NCBI RefSeq assembly: GCF_001194135.2
Contig: NC_068992.1
Coordinates: forward strand, 2,482,193 to 2,546,192
Direction: 5' to 3'
Length of the DNA stretch: 64,000 bases
Origin: Octopus bimaculoides
Lineage: Eukaryota
Under the pieces are notes generated by a model. It worked only from the letters and a program-made list of their open reading frames with translations, was not told where the DNA came from and did no database searches. Shown here in pieces: positions 11,898 to 25,065 of the stretch. A program made the translations under genes and the position numbers. Position 1 is the first letter of the stretch, and every line of letters begins with the position of its first letter.

Positions 11898-13126
11898 ATA
11901 TAGATATGTGTGTGTATGTGTTTAGTATACATATATATATATATATATTTGTCTGTCTATAACTATCCATCTGTCTGTCATATTGTCTCTCTCTCTTTCT
12001 ATTTCTCTGGACTTGTTAGTATCTCTCTCTAAGTATGTGCATGTATACACACATATACACACACGCATATGCTTATATATATATATTTCACGGATACACA
12101 CACTCATAGGGGAGAGAGAGAGTAGGGTGGGAGAGAAGACAAACAGAAAATAGACTTAAGATATTCAAATAAATATTTGTCTCTCATAGCTTAGAGGGAT
12201 CTCAGTTTGATATATTTTGACAATGCTAAGTCAATATATATATTATTGGATTTCTATTATTATTTGTGTTTTATTAGCAGCCAGTTCTGATTGATATTTA
12301 AATTGTATAAAATTTGTACCATCCCTCAATATAAATATCTGTTTGTATTATATTTCTTTGTGGAAATGGCCCAGTTGCTCATCTCAGTTCCTATTTTTTT
12401 TTATGTAAAAATATAAGAGATACTCCAAAATATGAGATATTTGCTTCAATATATTTAGCTTTTATCTTCATGTATTTGAAACAATCTTAATTTGTAAGAG
12501 CATGACGTTTGTGTGTTTGAAATTGTTGATGAATATAACCACCTTATAATTCATTCCATTAGTTTCCCCTACTTTAGCGGTGTCAGTCTCAAACAGCTTC
12601 CGCATCACCAAACTCAGTTAAATAACAACATCTCTGTAATCTTGCTGCAGTATGACACAGTAAATTGGATTCCTAGTTTGACTGGTAAATTTCATTAGGT
12701 CTGTAATTATTTAGCACTATGTATCATACAACCTACTTGAAATTAAATAGTTTTTTGATTAAATTATGGATGTTTTGAAACACTAAAGACTTTCTTCTGC
12801 TTTTTTTTTTTTTTTGAAGAACAATATTCTTGTCATTTACTTTTATTTACTTATTGTTTTCATAAGACCTCAATAAGTAATATCATTACTGTGTTGTGGA
12901 CATATTGCACATAGTTAGCTTATTCATATTAAAAAAAAAGGCTGAAACAACTCAAGCATTTGGTATCATTTATAGAACCACAAATAAAATATATGTAATA
13001 TATAAAAAATATATAACTTGTATATATATATATTTATATACATATATACTTACTTGGAAATGAATGCATAGCATTCAGTTAAATAATAATATAAATAATA
13101 TATATTTGTGTGTGTGTGTGTGTGTG

Positions 13127-13165
<39 letters not shown>

Positions 13166-13756
13166 NNNNNNNNNNNNNNNNNNNNNNNNNNNNNNNNNNN
13201 NNNNNNNNNNNNNNNNNNNNNNNNNNNNNNNNNNNNNNNNNNNNNNNNNNNNNNNNNNNNNNNNNNNNNNNNNNNNNNNNNNNNNNNNNNNNNNNNNNNN
13301 NNNNNNNNNNNNNNNNNNNNNNNNNNNNNNNNNNNNNNNNNNNNNNNNNNNNNNNNNNNNNNNNNNNNNNNNNNNNNNNNNNNNNNNNNNNNNNNNNNNN
13401 NNNNNNNNNNNNNNNNNNNNNNNNNNNNNNNNNNNNNNNNNNNNNNNNNNNNNNNNNNNNNNNNNNNNNNNNNNNNNNNNNNNNNNNNNNNNNNNNNNNN
13501 NNNNNNNNNNNNNNNNNNNNNNNNNNNNNNNNNNNNNNNNNNNNNNNNNNNNNNNNNNNNNNNNNNNNNNNNNNNNNNNNNNNNNNNNNNNNNNNNNNNN
13601 NNNNNNNNNNNNNNNNNNNNNNNNNNNNNNNNNNNNNNNNNNNNNNNNNNNNNNNNNNNNNNNNNNNNNNNNNNNNNNNNNNNNNNNNNNNNNNNNNNNN
13701 NNNNNNNNNNNNNNNNNNNNNNNNNNNNNNNNNNNNNNNNNNNNNNNNNNNNNNNN
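13166..13756. other. Assembly gap (N)
   Basis: N-run between (TA)n tracts. Confidence 1.
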
Positions 13757-13792
<36 letters not shown>

Positions 13793-13794
13793 TA

Positions 13795-14110
13795 TATGGG
13801 TACAGGACGTCACCAACTGTGTAAACAATGAGAAATATGAAAACAAACAAGTTAAATACGCAAATGAGAGAAAAAATGGAAAACAGGAGAAGTAAACACA
13901 GAGAAAAACCCTTCATCAGAACGAAGAAGGCAGAGATAGACAAAGAAGAGAATAGAATGAAAGATGGAGGGAGAAATCGGAAAAGAAAATGTTCAATGAT
14001 TTGAAAGTCTTACATTTTAGTTGGGTTCAAAGTTCATTAAATCCATTACGAGGTAGTTGAAGAATAGAGGTTGGTTGAATCTGAAGTCTCGTAATTAGTT
14101 TCTTATCATT
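13795..14110 (-). mobile_element. Possible Penelope-like element 3' fragment
   Basis: Minus strand encodes KKLITRLQ...PRNGFNEL* (loosely like a GIY-YIG C-terminus), followed by a CT-rich UTR and CTGATGAAGGG (13909-13919). Confidence 0.35.
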
Positions 14111-14502
14111 TATATATGTGTGCCTGTATGTGTGTGTGAGTGTGTGTGGGCATGTCTGGACATAAGATACCTATATAGGTTATATTTCTCATCAACATAT
14201 TTTATCATACTGGTTTTATTATATTGTTTTTCCAATGCAAGAAGGCAATGAATAAATTTCCTTTCCAGTCAAATTGGTAAAAGTAACAACCGTTTCAACA
14301 AAAAAACCAATTTCTCAAGTATTTCAATATAATCTTTATTACATTTATGAGTTCCAGCCCAAAGGTAGTGGTCACCCTGAGACACAACCATTTCTTTTTT
14401 CTATTTTACTTCTCAAATAAGTATTAAAACTGTACGAGTTTCACCCATCCACTTTACATATAAAATCTTAATACTTATGAATCCACCATAACTTATACTT
14501 AC

Positions 14503-14552
14503 AAACCTCCTAAATTTATAAATGTTCTTGTTTTGATGACTGAATCTCTCGC
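14503..14552 (-). CDS. Candidate 50-nt exon (xERFSHQNKNIYKFRRF or ARDSVIKTRTFINLGGx)
   Basis: Acceptor TTACATTATTCCAG, donor GTAAGT; no homology recognised. Confidence 0.2.
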
Positions 14553-14591
14553 CTGGAATAATGTAACATCCAAAGGTTAGCAGAGTGAATA

Positions 14592-14810
14592 TTCTTTTCG
14601 ACCCTAGGCACAAAGCCTGAAATTTTGGGGGAGGGGGAGGCCAATCAATTAGATCGACCCCAGCACACAACTGGTACTTAATTTATCGGCCTTGAAAGGA
14701 TGAAAGGCAAAGTTGACCTTGGTGGAATTTGAACTCAGAACGTAAAGACGGACAAAATGCCGCTAAGAATTTTGCCTGGCATGCTAACATTTCTGTCGGC
14801 TCGCTGCCTT
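14592..14810 (-). mobile_element. SINE-C, full length, tail type 1
   Basis: Colinear with 6423-6637. Confidence 0.9.
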
Positions 14811-15041
14811 TAGAAGAGAGAATACTACTGGGCTTCTAGCTTCATAATTTACCAAAGTCCTTTTGCTAATGAATATTTTCTTTTAACTGCTCTAATTACA
14901 AAATAATATTATATAAGCATTGATATTTATTGTGATTTTTGTCCCTCCAACATTTAACATTGATTTTTTATATATATTAACTTCATCATTATCATTATTG
15001 TCAGTTATCCTAATTGTCATTGTCAATGACATCATCAACAA

Positions 15042-15426
15042 CAGAGGTGGCTGTGTGGTAAGAAGCTTGCTTACCAACCATATGGTTCCGGGTTCAGTCC
15101 TACTGCATAGCACCTTGGGCAAGTATCTTCTACTATAGCCTCAGGCCGACCAAAGCCTTGTGAGTGGATTTGGTAGACGGAAACTGAAAGAAGCCCATGT
15201 GTGTGTGTGTGTGTGTATTTCTGTGTGTTTGTCCCCCATGTGTATTTGTGTATGCGTTTGACAACCGATGTTGCTGTGTTTACGTCCCTGTAACTTAGCA
15301 GTTCAGCAAAAGAGACTGATAGAATAAGTACTAAGCTTAGAAAGAATAAGCCCAGGGATCGACTTGTTCACCTAAAAGTGGTGCTCCAGCATGGCCACAG
15401 TCAAATGACTGAAACAAATAAAAGAA
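15042..15426 (+). mobile_element. SINE-A, full length (tRNA head, CORE-like block, (TG)n linker, tail)
   Basis: GGTGGCTGTGTGGTAAG...GGTTCAGTCC...CACCTTGGGCAAGT...GAAACTGAAAGAAGCCC-(TG)n-...CAGCATGGCCACAGTCAAATGACTGAAAC. Confidence 0.9.
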
Positions 15427-16193
15427 TATAATATGATATCGCAATATATCTTAATTGTATGTAACAAATAGTGTATTGTCTTAACATGAAAACTACCAAT
15501 TGACTACTTTTCCAGACTCTTCCAGAAAAATCATGAAAAATAACAATGATGATCATCACCCTAACCAAATAAGCTGTGTCATTCCCATTATCATTCTACA
15601 TTGAACATGTTGGTAACGTTGAATGCAGAATAATCTTGAACAGGTTCAAAACATTTCATAGATCATAGACAGGCAGTTTAGACATTTTGGTAATAGAGCC
15701 AAGAAAAATTCTCATGCTACCCAAGAACATGACTAAGTGCGTATTTAGACAAGTTGGAATATAAAGAATTATTTCTATTTTGCAAAGGTTAAATGCACTT
15801 CTCTCTAAATTTCTGAATTTCTATAAAATATTTTACAAATTTCATCTATTTTATTTCACCTCTGAAAATAGGTTCCTATTTATATCTTTATTTTTCTTAC
15901 ACTTTATATAATGTTTATATAATGTTTTTATAATGAGGTTTTCAAGTAGTAGTTCTTATAAAACTTCTATAGAATTCCGGTCTTCCACAATATATATACA
16001 TTTTTTTTTTATTTTTACATCATACTTCTTTTTTGATATTTCTTTATATTGGTATATTTCCAACACATCATCTCACTAGTCATGGGGAATTTTCTTATGA
16101 TGGGTTTTATTTGTTCTTTTTTGACAACATCTTTAACAATATCAAGATTCCATCAACCGAATGAAATGAAAGCCACCAACTTAAAGCTGCCCA

Positions 16194-16327
16194 TACAGTT
16201 TTTTAGACATTATTTACATTTGACGGATATTTGTCCTCATCTTGTTTGTTGTTAACACAACATTTCGACTGATATACCCTCCAGCCTCCATCAGATGTCT
16301 TGGGAATTTTCGAACCTAAGCACTCAT
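16194..16327 (-). mobile_element. SINE-D 3' half; head lost in the gap
   Basis: Reverse complement GACAT-CTGATGG-A-GGCTGG-AGGGTATA-TCAGTC-GAAA-TG-TT-GTGTT; homologous to the other two copies. Confidence 0.8.
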
Positions 16328-16827
16328 NNNNNNNNNNNNNNNNNNNNNNNNNNNNNNNNNNNNNNNNNNNNNNNNNNNNNNNNNNNNNNNNNNNNNNNNN
16401 NNNNNNNNNNNNNNNNNNNNNNNNNNNNNNNNNNNNNNNNNNNNNNNNNNNNNNNNNNNNNNNNNNNNNNNNNNNNNNNNNNNNNNNNNNNNNNNNNNNN
16501 NNNNNNNNNNNNNNNNNNNNNNNNNNNNNNNNNNNNNNNNNNNNNNNNNNNNNNNNNNNNNNNNNNNNNNNNNNNNNNNNNNNNNNNNNNNNNNNNNNNN
16601 NNNNNNNNNNNNNNNNNNNNNNNNNNNNNNNNNNNNNNNNNNNNNNNNNNNNNNNNNNNNNNNNNNNNNNNNNNNNNNNNNNNNNNNNNNNNNNNNNNNN
16701 NNNNNNNNNNNNNNNNNNNNNNNNNNNNNNNNNNNNNNNNNNNNNNNNNNNNNNNNNNNNNNNNNNNNNNNNNNNNNNNNNNNNNNNNNNNNNNNNNNNN
16801 NNNNNNNNNNNNNNNNNNNNNNNNNNN
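16328..16827. other. Assembly gap (N)
   Basis: N-run. Confidence 1.
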
Positions 16828-16873
<46 letters not shown>

Positions 16874-17450
16874 CATGTTACTGTAAAATTAGTGAATGTT
16901 CTGGCTTTCTAGCTGAAAGTAAAACTAAATACAACCAACAAACGTTATCAATTCTGTATTGTGTTATGAGTGAGGGAAAGATTATTTAATTTTACTCAGT
17001 CTTGTCTCAACCATAAACTGAGTGTAATTCCAATGACAGTCAACATGAATTCGTTTCACCTTATTTTTGACAATTATTAATTACTAAACATTGGTATTTC
17101 GTTTCAAGCACCAATATTTATTTATTTGTTTCGTAGTTGTTCCAATATTAATAATGACGTTCACTTCATTCCGTGTCTAATCAGAGGCAGAGGTTTGTTG
17201 ATGTCTTTGTCAGATGAACATTCAGTCAAAAAGACAAACTTAGTTGTGGAAAATTGATTCTATAAATATCATTGACAAGCAATATTAGGTAAACAAGTTT
17301 TAAAATAATATTTTCACAAAGCTTAGATATTCGTTGAAGACAGTGTTTAGCTTTAGTTTTTATAATATTGAACTGCTGAGATGCATCTAGCAATATGAAG
17401 ATTATGCATATGCAAAACCTATGATGCAAAAATGTAAAACATTATATATT

Positions 17451-17615
17451 TATTTCTTTATTGCCCACAGGGGACTAAACATAGAGGGGACAAACAAGGA
17501 CATACAAAGGGATTAAGTCGATTACATTGACCGCAGTGCATAACTGGTACTTATTTAATTGATGGAAGGTAAAGTCGACCTGGGCAGAATTTGAACTCAG
17601 AGCATAATGGCAGAT
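17451..17615 (-). mobile_element. SINE-C, tail type 2, head truncated
   Basis: TTTCTTTATTGCCCACAGGGACTAAACATAGAGGGGACAAAC tail is shared with 20643-20877. Confidence 0.8.
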
Positions 17616-17750
17616 GTATTTACGTCCCCGTAACTTAGCAGTTTGACAAAAGATTAAGTCCTAGGCTTACAAAGAATAATTCCTGGGGTTGATTTATTCG
17701 ACCAAAGGTTGTGCCCCAGCATGGCTGCAGTCAAATGACTAAAATAAATA
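17616..17750 (+). mobile_element. SINE-A 3' half
   Basis: TTTACGTCCCCGTAACTTAGC...CAGCATGGCTGCAGTCAAATGACT matches 15270-15420. Confidence 0.8.
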
Positions 17751-18443
17751 AAAAAAATGAAAGCAAAGAATATTTACAAAACACACCTCACTCGTAAATA
17801 CCAATTTATTCACAACTTATTTGTGTATAAACAACGAAATTCTATTTCAAATATAAGAATTAAAAAATTTACTTTTACATCCACTTAAGACGTCATTATC
17901 TTCTTGGATCAAACCAGTTGCTTACTGGATCAAACCAGTATGCAACTGACAGCTTTAAACATCATCGTCATCATCATTTAACACCTGTCTTCCATGCTGG
18001 CATGGGTGGAACAAAATAACGATGTTGCTGATAGGAGAATTATTTTTAAAACTTCCAGCCAAAACTACAAGTGCACACTAGTGAAGTTATAGTGTATTCC
18101 ACCCAGAGCGGCCCTTCCATTTGCCACCCCCAGGCCCCACAAAAAACACATAATGCCTACAACAGACCCAAAAGTGCTGCCCGGAGCCGACTGACTCTAC
18201 CCAGCTATGCTAGTGCATGTGCAATATTAAGATGCCCTTCAAAGGTTTTGTATCATAGCTCTCTTGAACCCCTACTCATCTGAACACTGAACATTGAACA
18301 CAAAACTCATAGGAAGAACGATGGATTTGTATAAGCTTTACATAACACATTTCTCTACTTATACCATTATATTAATAACATTATACATTCTTACTGCATA
18401 GTTATATACAATCAATTAATGGTTTATTCTAAACATACATTAC

Positions 18444-18489
18444 CTGGTTCACTTCTGTTTTCTCTTTCTGCATTATCTAATGTATCCGA
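18444..18489 (-). CDS. Candidate 46-nt exon (SDTLDNAERENRSEP+G)
   Basis: Acceptor CATGTTTTTATAG, donor CAG|GTAATG, phase 0 to 1; no homology recognised. Confidence 0.25.
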
Positions 18490-19060
18490 CTATAAAAACA
18501 TGAGTTTTATATTTCAATTTAAATCAGTTAATTTATCCATTAAATAGTTGTTATCTATATCTATAGTGTGATAGAATACTATTTTGCATGTTCTCTTATT
18601 ATAAATTAATGACGACAGTGTATTTTTGTTGTTGTTAAATTTTCAAAGCAATTTATGAAAAAGATTTAGTTTTCTTACGATAATTGGCAGATATTTTGTA
18701 ATTAAGCAGTTTATATAGTTTCAGAGATTGTTTTAATAACTATTTTCATTATTTGAATGAAACTCTTTTAGTTGCGAATATTGATTACTTTTTCACTTGA
18801 TCATCATTTTTAATAGCAAAGTGCAATCATTTTGGTTCAGCCTTAATGGAATGGTGGCACTCATTTGGGTCAACCTTAACAGAATCGTGGTTCTTAGTTT
18901 ATCAGATGAGAAAAAAATGTAAACTTTGTTGAGATTTGAACTCAGAAGTTAAAGATTAAATTAATAAGTTAAAGTACCTCATCCAGTGTTCTATCATTTC
19001 TGCTTGCTCACACATTGTCCTTTCAATGGAACTGGAGGGAGAGAAAGAGAGAGAGAGAGA

Positions 19061-19213
19061 CATCCTCATCATCATCATCCATTTTCCATGCTGGTATGAG
19101 TTAAACAGTTTGACTGGAATTGCTAAGCTGGAGAATTGTACCAGGTTCCAGTTTGATTTGGCTTGGTTTTTACAGCTGGATGCCATTCCTAATGCCAACC
19201 TCTTTGAGAGTAC
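19061..19213 (-). mobile_element. RTE LINE 3' tail, degenerate
   Basis: (CAT)n-...TTCCATGCTGG...CAGCTGGATGCCATTCCTAATGCCAAC matches 25066-25259. Confidence 0.7.
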
Positions 19214-20642
19214 TTAACACAAACAAGAACGGTGGTAAACTGTTGGCTGCCTTCAGATGGGAGTCCAAAAATTAAAAAGTATTTCATGCTGTATTTAATT
19301 AATGTATACTTTTTGTTACCATGACAACCAGATAAAACTTTAACCATTTTATATTTACCTATGTATGTTTTCTGTTCACTGATGAAAGAACTATCGATAC
19401 CCTCAATTTTGACAGAACACTGAAATTGTTAATCTGAATTTGAGATAACTTTCAAACCATAATTAAATAACTGTTTGAAGGGAACTTTTACCAAACTCTC
19501 CAGATAGTTTTTGATCTTTGCTCCTTTATATTCTTAGTTCTACTACTGTATGTGGCAATTGTTGATACTCTAAGATTTTAATACAATTTGTATGCCTTTG
19601 ATTGCAATGTTCTTCAGATATTAATATTTCATACACACACACTTATATAATCATATACATGTTGGGCATGATAAATTCAATGATATTTTCCTAAACTAGC
19701 AACTTATCTTGTCTTATACACGTTCAAATAATTTCATTTTCCTTAACTTTCCAGATCTCCTCCTCACTACACTTCCTTATTAGTTTAGCTTCCATTAAAA
19801 TCCAGTTTGTTTGAATCCAGTTTTAAACACATTCTATGTCTGTGAGACAAAGAGAAGGAATCTTTCCTTATATATGACCATTAAACCATAAATTCCTAAT
19901 AGCACATGCTATCTCTTCTTTCCTCATGTGAAGCTATGAAACCCAAGCTTGCCTTCTCTCAGCTATACTACTACTACACAACTGACTACCATCCCTACAG
20001 TTTAATTATTATCCTTTACTACCAATGCGTTTCTTAGCATTGATATGCAAACTGCCAGTGAAATTACTTCCCACATTACACAATAATACCGACCAATCAC
20101 TATTACCACTATTAGTTATTGATTAACTTCTGAGAGAGTGGTATTTGCTTCAAGATAATTCAAATCATGTGATTCTGACTAGCTGAATCCAGCTTTCATC
20201 TGTCTTAGAATTGATTCAACTTATTATTCCTAACCATATTCCTTGATAACAAAATTGTATAGAATGCCCTCAAGCTGGTTATAAATGCATATTCTGCTCT
20301 ACTAGAACTTTTAGACTACCTTTTAAACACAATTGAAATGCATATTTATCTGGAAGATCGTATTAATATTTGGTTAATTTCTAGAGGCTCTCTGAAATAT
20401 TTTCAAAGAACAACTTGGAGAAAATAACAATTTCTTAGAAAAACAAATTAACTGCCATAATAATAAAAGCCAAGTTCAAAGTAAAACTGTATTCAATGAA
20501 AATACAATGTTATGGATCCATTCTAACATTACCATATAGTGTTCATGTCACACTCTAGTTTCTGTGTTTATTGTTAATTGAAAATCTTCTAGACAATTTA
20601 CAGTTTTCACTTCTTACATATTATGAATCTCCTAATAAAATA

Positions 20643-20877
20643 TTTATTTCTTTATTGCCCTCAAGGGGCTAAACATAGAGGCGACAAACAAAGACAGACA
20701 AAAGTATTAAGTCGATCACATCAACCCCAGTGCATAAATGGTACTTATTTTATCGACCCCGAAAGGATGAAAGGCAAAGTCGACCTTGACGGAATTTGAA
20801 CTCAGAACGTAAAGTCAGACGAAATACTGCTATGCATTTCGCCTGGCATACTAATGATTCTGCCAGCTTGCTGCCCT
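20643..20877 (-). mobile_element. SINE-C, tail type 2
   Basis: Full head and core; tail as at 17451. Confidence 0.9.
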
Positions 20878-20883
20878 AAATTA

Positions 20884-21067
20884 ATCTTTTCTACTCTATT
20901 TGGGGAGGGGGCCAGTCGATTAGATCGACCCCAATACGCAACTGGAGTTTCAAAGAATGAACAGTAAAGTTGACCTCAGTGGAATTTGAACTCAGAACAT
21001 AAAGACAGACGAAATACCACTCAGCCTTTTACCCAACATGCTAACACCTCTGCCAGCTAACTGCCTT
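20884..21067 (-). mobile_element. SINE-C, tail type 1, with internal deletions
   Basis: Adjacent to and co-oriented with the previous copy. Confidence 0.85.
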
Positions 21068-21165
21068 ATTTTCCAAATGAAATATTAAAGGATAAACCAA
21101 TCTACAGCTTGCAAGCAGTATGTGTCTTCCATTTTTTAACACTTACAAATAATATTTATTTCGAA

Positions 21166-21275
21166 GAAGACTAACATGTATGATAATGTGTATTATAAGA
21201 CTAACATGTATTATAACTCATTATAAGAAGTGAAGACTAACATGTGTTGTAATGTCTGTTATTGAAGACTAACAA
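21166..21275. repeat. Short minisatellite: AAGACTAACA(T/A)G x4, spacing ~30 bp
   Basis: Four direct copies of the motif. Confidence 0.75.
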
Positions 21276-21333
21276 GAATTACCAACATTCCAAATAATAG
21301 AAGTAGAGAAAGCCATTTAATATTTCTGAGTTA

Positions 21334-21476
21334 GTCTGTCTTTATGCTCTGAGTTCAAATTCCCCTTGCGTCCTTTCAGGGTTGATAAAATAAGTACCAG
21401 CTGAACACTGGGGGTTGATGTAGTTGACTTAGCCTCTCACCAAAAATTGCAGGCCTTGTGTCAAAACTTGAAACCT
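21334..21476 (+). mobile_element. SINE-C partial, tail type 3
   Basis: CTGAGTTCAAATT...GATAAAATAAGTACCAG...AAATTGCAGGCCTTGTGTCAAAACTTGAAACC. Confidence 0.75.
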
Positions 21477-22344
21477 ATATTTGTTGTGCATTCTAAAAAT
21501 TTTAAATTCAAATGTCTCTCCTTGTCTTGTTTATTGTTGTTGATCCAATTCCTGGAACAAGGCGGAAATAGTAAACATAAATTGAAATTGCAGACATGAT
21601 AGGTGAAGGAAACACTCGTGTTTCCAGAGGTGAATTATTCAAACTCTAAAGAATTCCTCTCAACACATGGCTAGATGCTCCCCCACTACTTCTGCTCATG
21701 ATCAGAGATGCACATATCATCAGCCACCTAAGGATATGCTCAAGTGGTTAAGGTCAAACAAGTGACAAGCAAATCTGTGGTATTGAGCAGAATATATGCT
21801 GTAGTCCATCTTTTTATACCAAGACAAAACAATGTAGATGATAACACTTCCAATCAGTTAAGATCAGAAGCCATGAGAAGAACTGCTTGGTGCTGCATCA
21901 GGGCATAGACACCATGAGAGCCAGTGCTTGGTACTGCATCAGGGCATTTATTATTATTACTATTATTATTATTATCGTTGTTGTTCTTCTTGTTGTTGTT
22001 GTTTCAAATATTACAGTATCATCTTAGGTATTGTCATGAAAAACTGATTCCAACTTACGAACCAGAATAAAAGACATTCATCATAATTTACTGAAGTTGT
22101 AAGTGAAATTTTCACACACACACATACATATGTATGTACACATAGGTACATACACATACACATACATCTGTATATACAAAATTGTATACATTCTCTTGTA
22201 CTTTTTGAAAACTTGACTATTTGATTTCTGAATATATATTGCCACCAAATATTTATTTTTTCCCTTTCCTTTACATTTGTTTGTCAAGAGAATAATTTGT
22301 TTCAGCAAAGATTAATATTTCTTTTGTTTTCTTTTTTTTTGCAG

Positions 22345-22380
22345 GTAAGTTACTCCTTTTCATTGAGTTCTTCCTGTTGG
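22345..22380 (+). other. Candidate 36-nt exon whose first bases are GTAAGT (recursive-splice-like site)
   Basis: CTTTTGTTTTCTTTTTTTTTGCAG|GTAAGT...CTGTTGG|GTATGT. Confidence 0.3.
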
Positions 22381-22481
22381 GTATGTACATGCGCATATTT
22401 ATTCTTCTATCTTTCCCAAAATGATACAATTTTAATCATATATTTATGGATTGTATATATATTGATATGCATAGGCATGTG

Positions 22482-22516
<35 letters not shown>

Positions 22517-22578
22517 TATATATGTATATATATATATATATATATAATTATATATATGTATATATATATATATATATA

Positions 22579-23033
22579 NNNNNNNNNNNNNNNNNNNNNN
22601 NNNNNNNNNNNNNNNNNNNNNNNNNNNNNNNNNNNNNNNNNNNNNNNNNNNNNNNNNNNNNNNNNNNNNNNNNNNNNNNNNNNNNNNNNNNNNNNNNNNN
22701 NNNNNNNNNNNNNNNNNNNNNNNNNNNNNNNNNNNNNNNNNNNNNNNNNNNNNNNNNNNNNNNNNNNNNNNNNNNNNNNNNNNNNNNNNNNNNNNNNNNN
22801 NNNNNNNNNNNNNNNNNNNNNNNNNNNNNNNNNNNNNNNNNNNNNNNNNNNNNNNNNNNNNNNNNNNNNNNNNNNNNNNNNNNNNNNNNNNNNNNNNNNN
22901 NNNNNNNNNNNNNNNNNNNNNNNNNNNNNNNNNNNNNNNNNNNNNNNNNNNNNNNNNNNNNNNNNNNNNNNNNNNNNNNNNNNNNNNNNNNNNNNNNNNN
23001 NNNNNNNNNNNNNNNNNNNNNNNNNNNNNNNNN
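22579..23033. other. Assembly gap (N)
   Basis: N-run between (TA)n tracts. Confidence 1.
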
Positions 23034-23075
<42 letters not shown>

Positions 23076-23202
23076 GTATATATATGTATGTATCTATACA
23101 TATTTATATATACATATATATAGACATACACACGCATATACACACATATATACACTTATATGTATATGTATATATACACTTATATGTATATGTATATATT
23201 TA

Positions 23203-23242
<40 letters not shown>

Positions 23243-24037
23243 CCCACACACACATATATATGCATATATATTCATGTATGTATATGTGTATGTATATATT
23301 TATATATACACACATGCACACATACACACACACACACACACGCACACATACAGACGTATGGTTACTAGATGCATATGAATCTCACAAGGCACATTTTAAT
23401 TCATCATATCAAAGCATTTTTCACTGAGAGTATAATTCTGAAACTTAAAAATTAGTTGAACCTCAAAGGAATTTCTATGTGAAATAAATGGAAATATTGC
23501 TTCATGAATATACTCATATAAACAAAATATGCTGCTTACAGTGAATTTCCAAGGCATGAAGTGTTTCTGCATCTAATCACTTCTTCAGCTGGTTTAGGGA
23601 GAGAAAAAAATTAGCTTCTAATGAATTGTTTCTCTTCAATTTTGTATTTGCATAACTCCTCCCTTAACTCCAATGTCATTTCCTCCCCTTCCTCCTCCTT
23701 CTCCTCCCCTATTTCTGTGATCCTTTCTCTCTGTTATGCGTATGTAGTGCACTATCAAGCCTAGTATGAGAGTGTGAACTCGTCCCGTTCCTCTTATGTT
23801 AACTTCCACTGTATCTCTTTATTACTTCCTCCACCCTTCTCTTTGCATGATGTAAAGCTGGACTGGAGAAATCAACCAGCCAGCCAACCAACCAACCAGC
23901 CTTTATATTGGCTACTATTATATCACAATAAGATGGAAAAGATCCTTCCCAATTGTTGTGGCATGGGTGAACATGTCTGGTGTAAAATGGTATTACACAA
24001 ATAAATAGTCTGTTGTGGTTATCTAAAAATAACCTAT

Positions 24038-24197
24038 AGGCACAGGAGTGGCTGTGTGGTAAGCAGCTTGCTTACCAACCACATGGTTCCGGGTTCAGTC
24101 CCACTGCATGGTATCTTGGGCAAGTGTTCTCTGTTATAGCCTCAGGCTGACCAAAGCCTTTTGAGTGGATTTGTTAGATAGAAACAGAAAGAAGCCC
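24038..24197 (+). mobile_element. SINE-A 5' half
   Basis: GGCACAGGAGTGGCTGTGTGGTAAG...GAAAGAAGCCC. Confidence 0.9.
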
Positions 24198-24224
24198 TTC
24201 TATTTATTATATTTGGCTAGTCCA

Positions 24225-24490
24225 CCTTCAGTCGTGTGAGGGTGTTCAGAATTCTCCCATAACATTGAGTCATACAGATTCCTGGTTTCCATGGCACATA
24301 AATGTTTTTCCCCTGGAGGGGACCCCAGCCCATTGCAGGAAATATTCATTTTCCTCAGCTGAGTGAACTGGAACCACGTAAAATGAAGTGTCTTGCTCAA
24401 GAACACAATGTTCACCCAGTCCAGAGGCTGCAACTACAATCTCATGATCACGAGTTCAACATCCTAACCACTAAGCCATGTGCCTTCACA
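24225..24490 (-). mobile_element. SINE-E-related element with a different 3' part
   Basis: Shares CAGCTGAGTGAACTGGA...GTGTCTTGCTCAAGAACACAA with 10778-11089; the remainder differs. Confidence 0.7.
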
Positions 24491-25065
24491 CTATTACACA
24501 GAGGTGTGTGTGTGTGTGTGTGTGTGTGTACCTACATATATATTCATATATTTGTATGTATTTGTGAGCAAGTGTTTATGTTTTGTATTGCAGTAAAAAA
24601 ATTTTTGAGATATGTCAGCAAATTTAGAGATTAGATGAGAAATCATACATTTAGAAATGAAAAGAAAATGTTAATTAAATCGTTTTCCTTTGTTTTTATT
24701 TTATTTTATTTATATCAGAATTTAGAAAAGAAATTTACAAACCAAATACAAAATCAACAATGAGACTTGACAGAATATATTTACATATATAACTGTTCAA
24801 TACTGAATATGATTGCTACATTCGAAGGCAGCTAATGGAATTTTCAAAGCCAGCTTTCTCCTATGCTGTTTCATATTTTATATTTTCATTCTTTATCGGA
24901 AAGATTGAAAATGCATATAAAAATCCTTAGCTGCACTTTTGCCCATTCATGTAGTTTCTAGTAACAGTATTGCTTGATGCAGTATACACTCGCAAGTCTT
25001 GCAAGGAATTCATATTGAAACAAATGAAACTACATTACTAATGAACTACATAATCTATAAATAAA

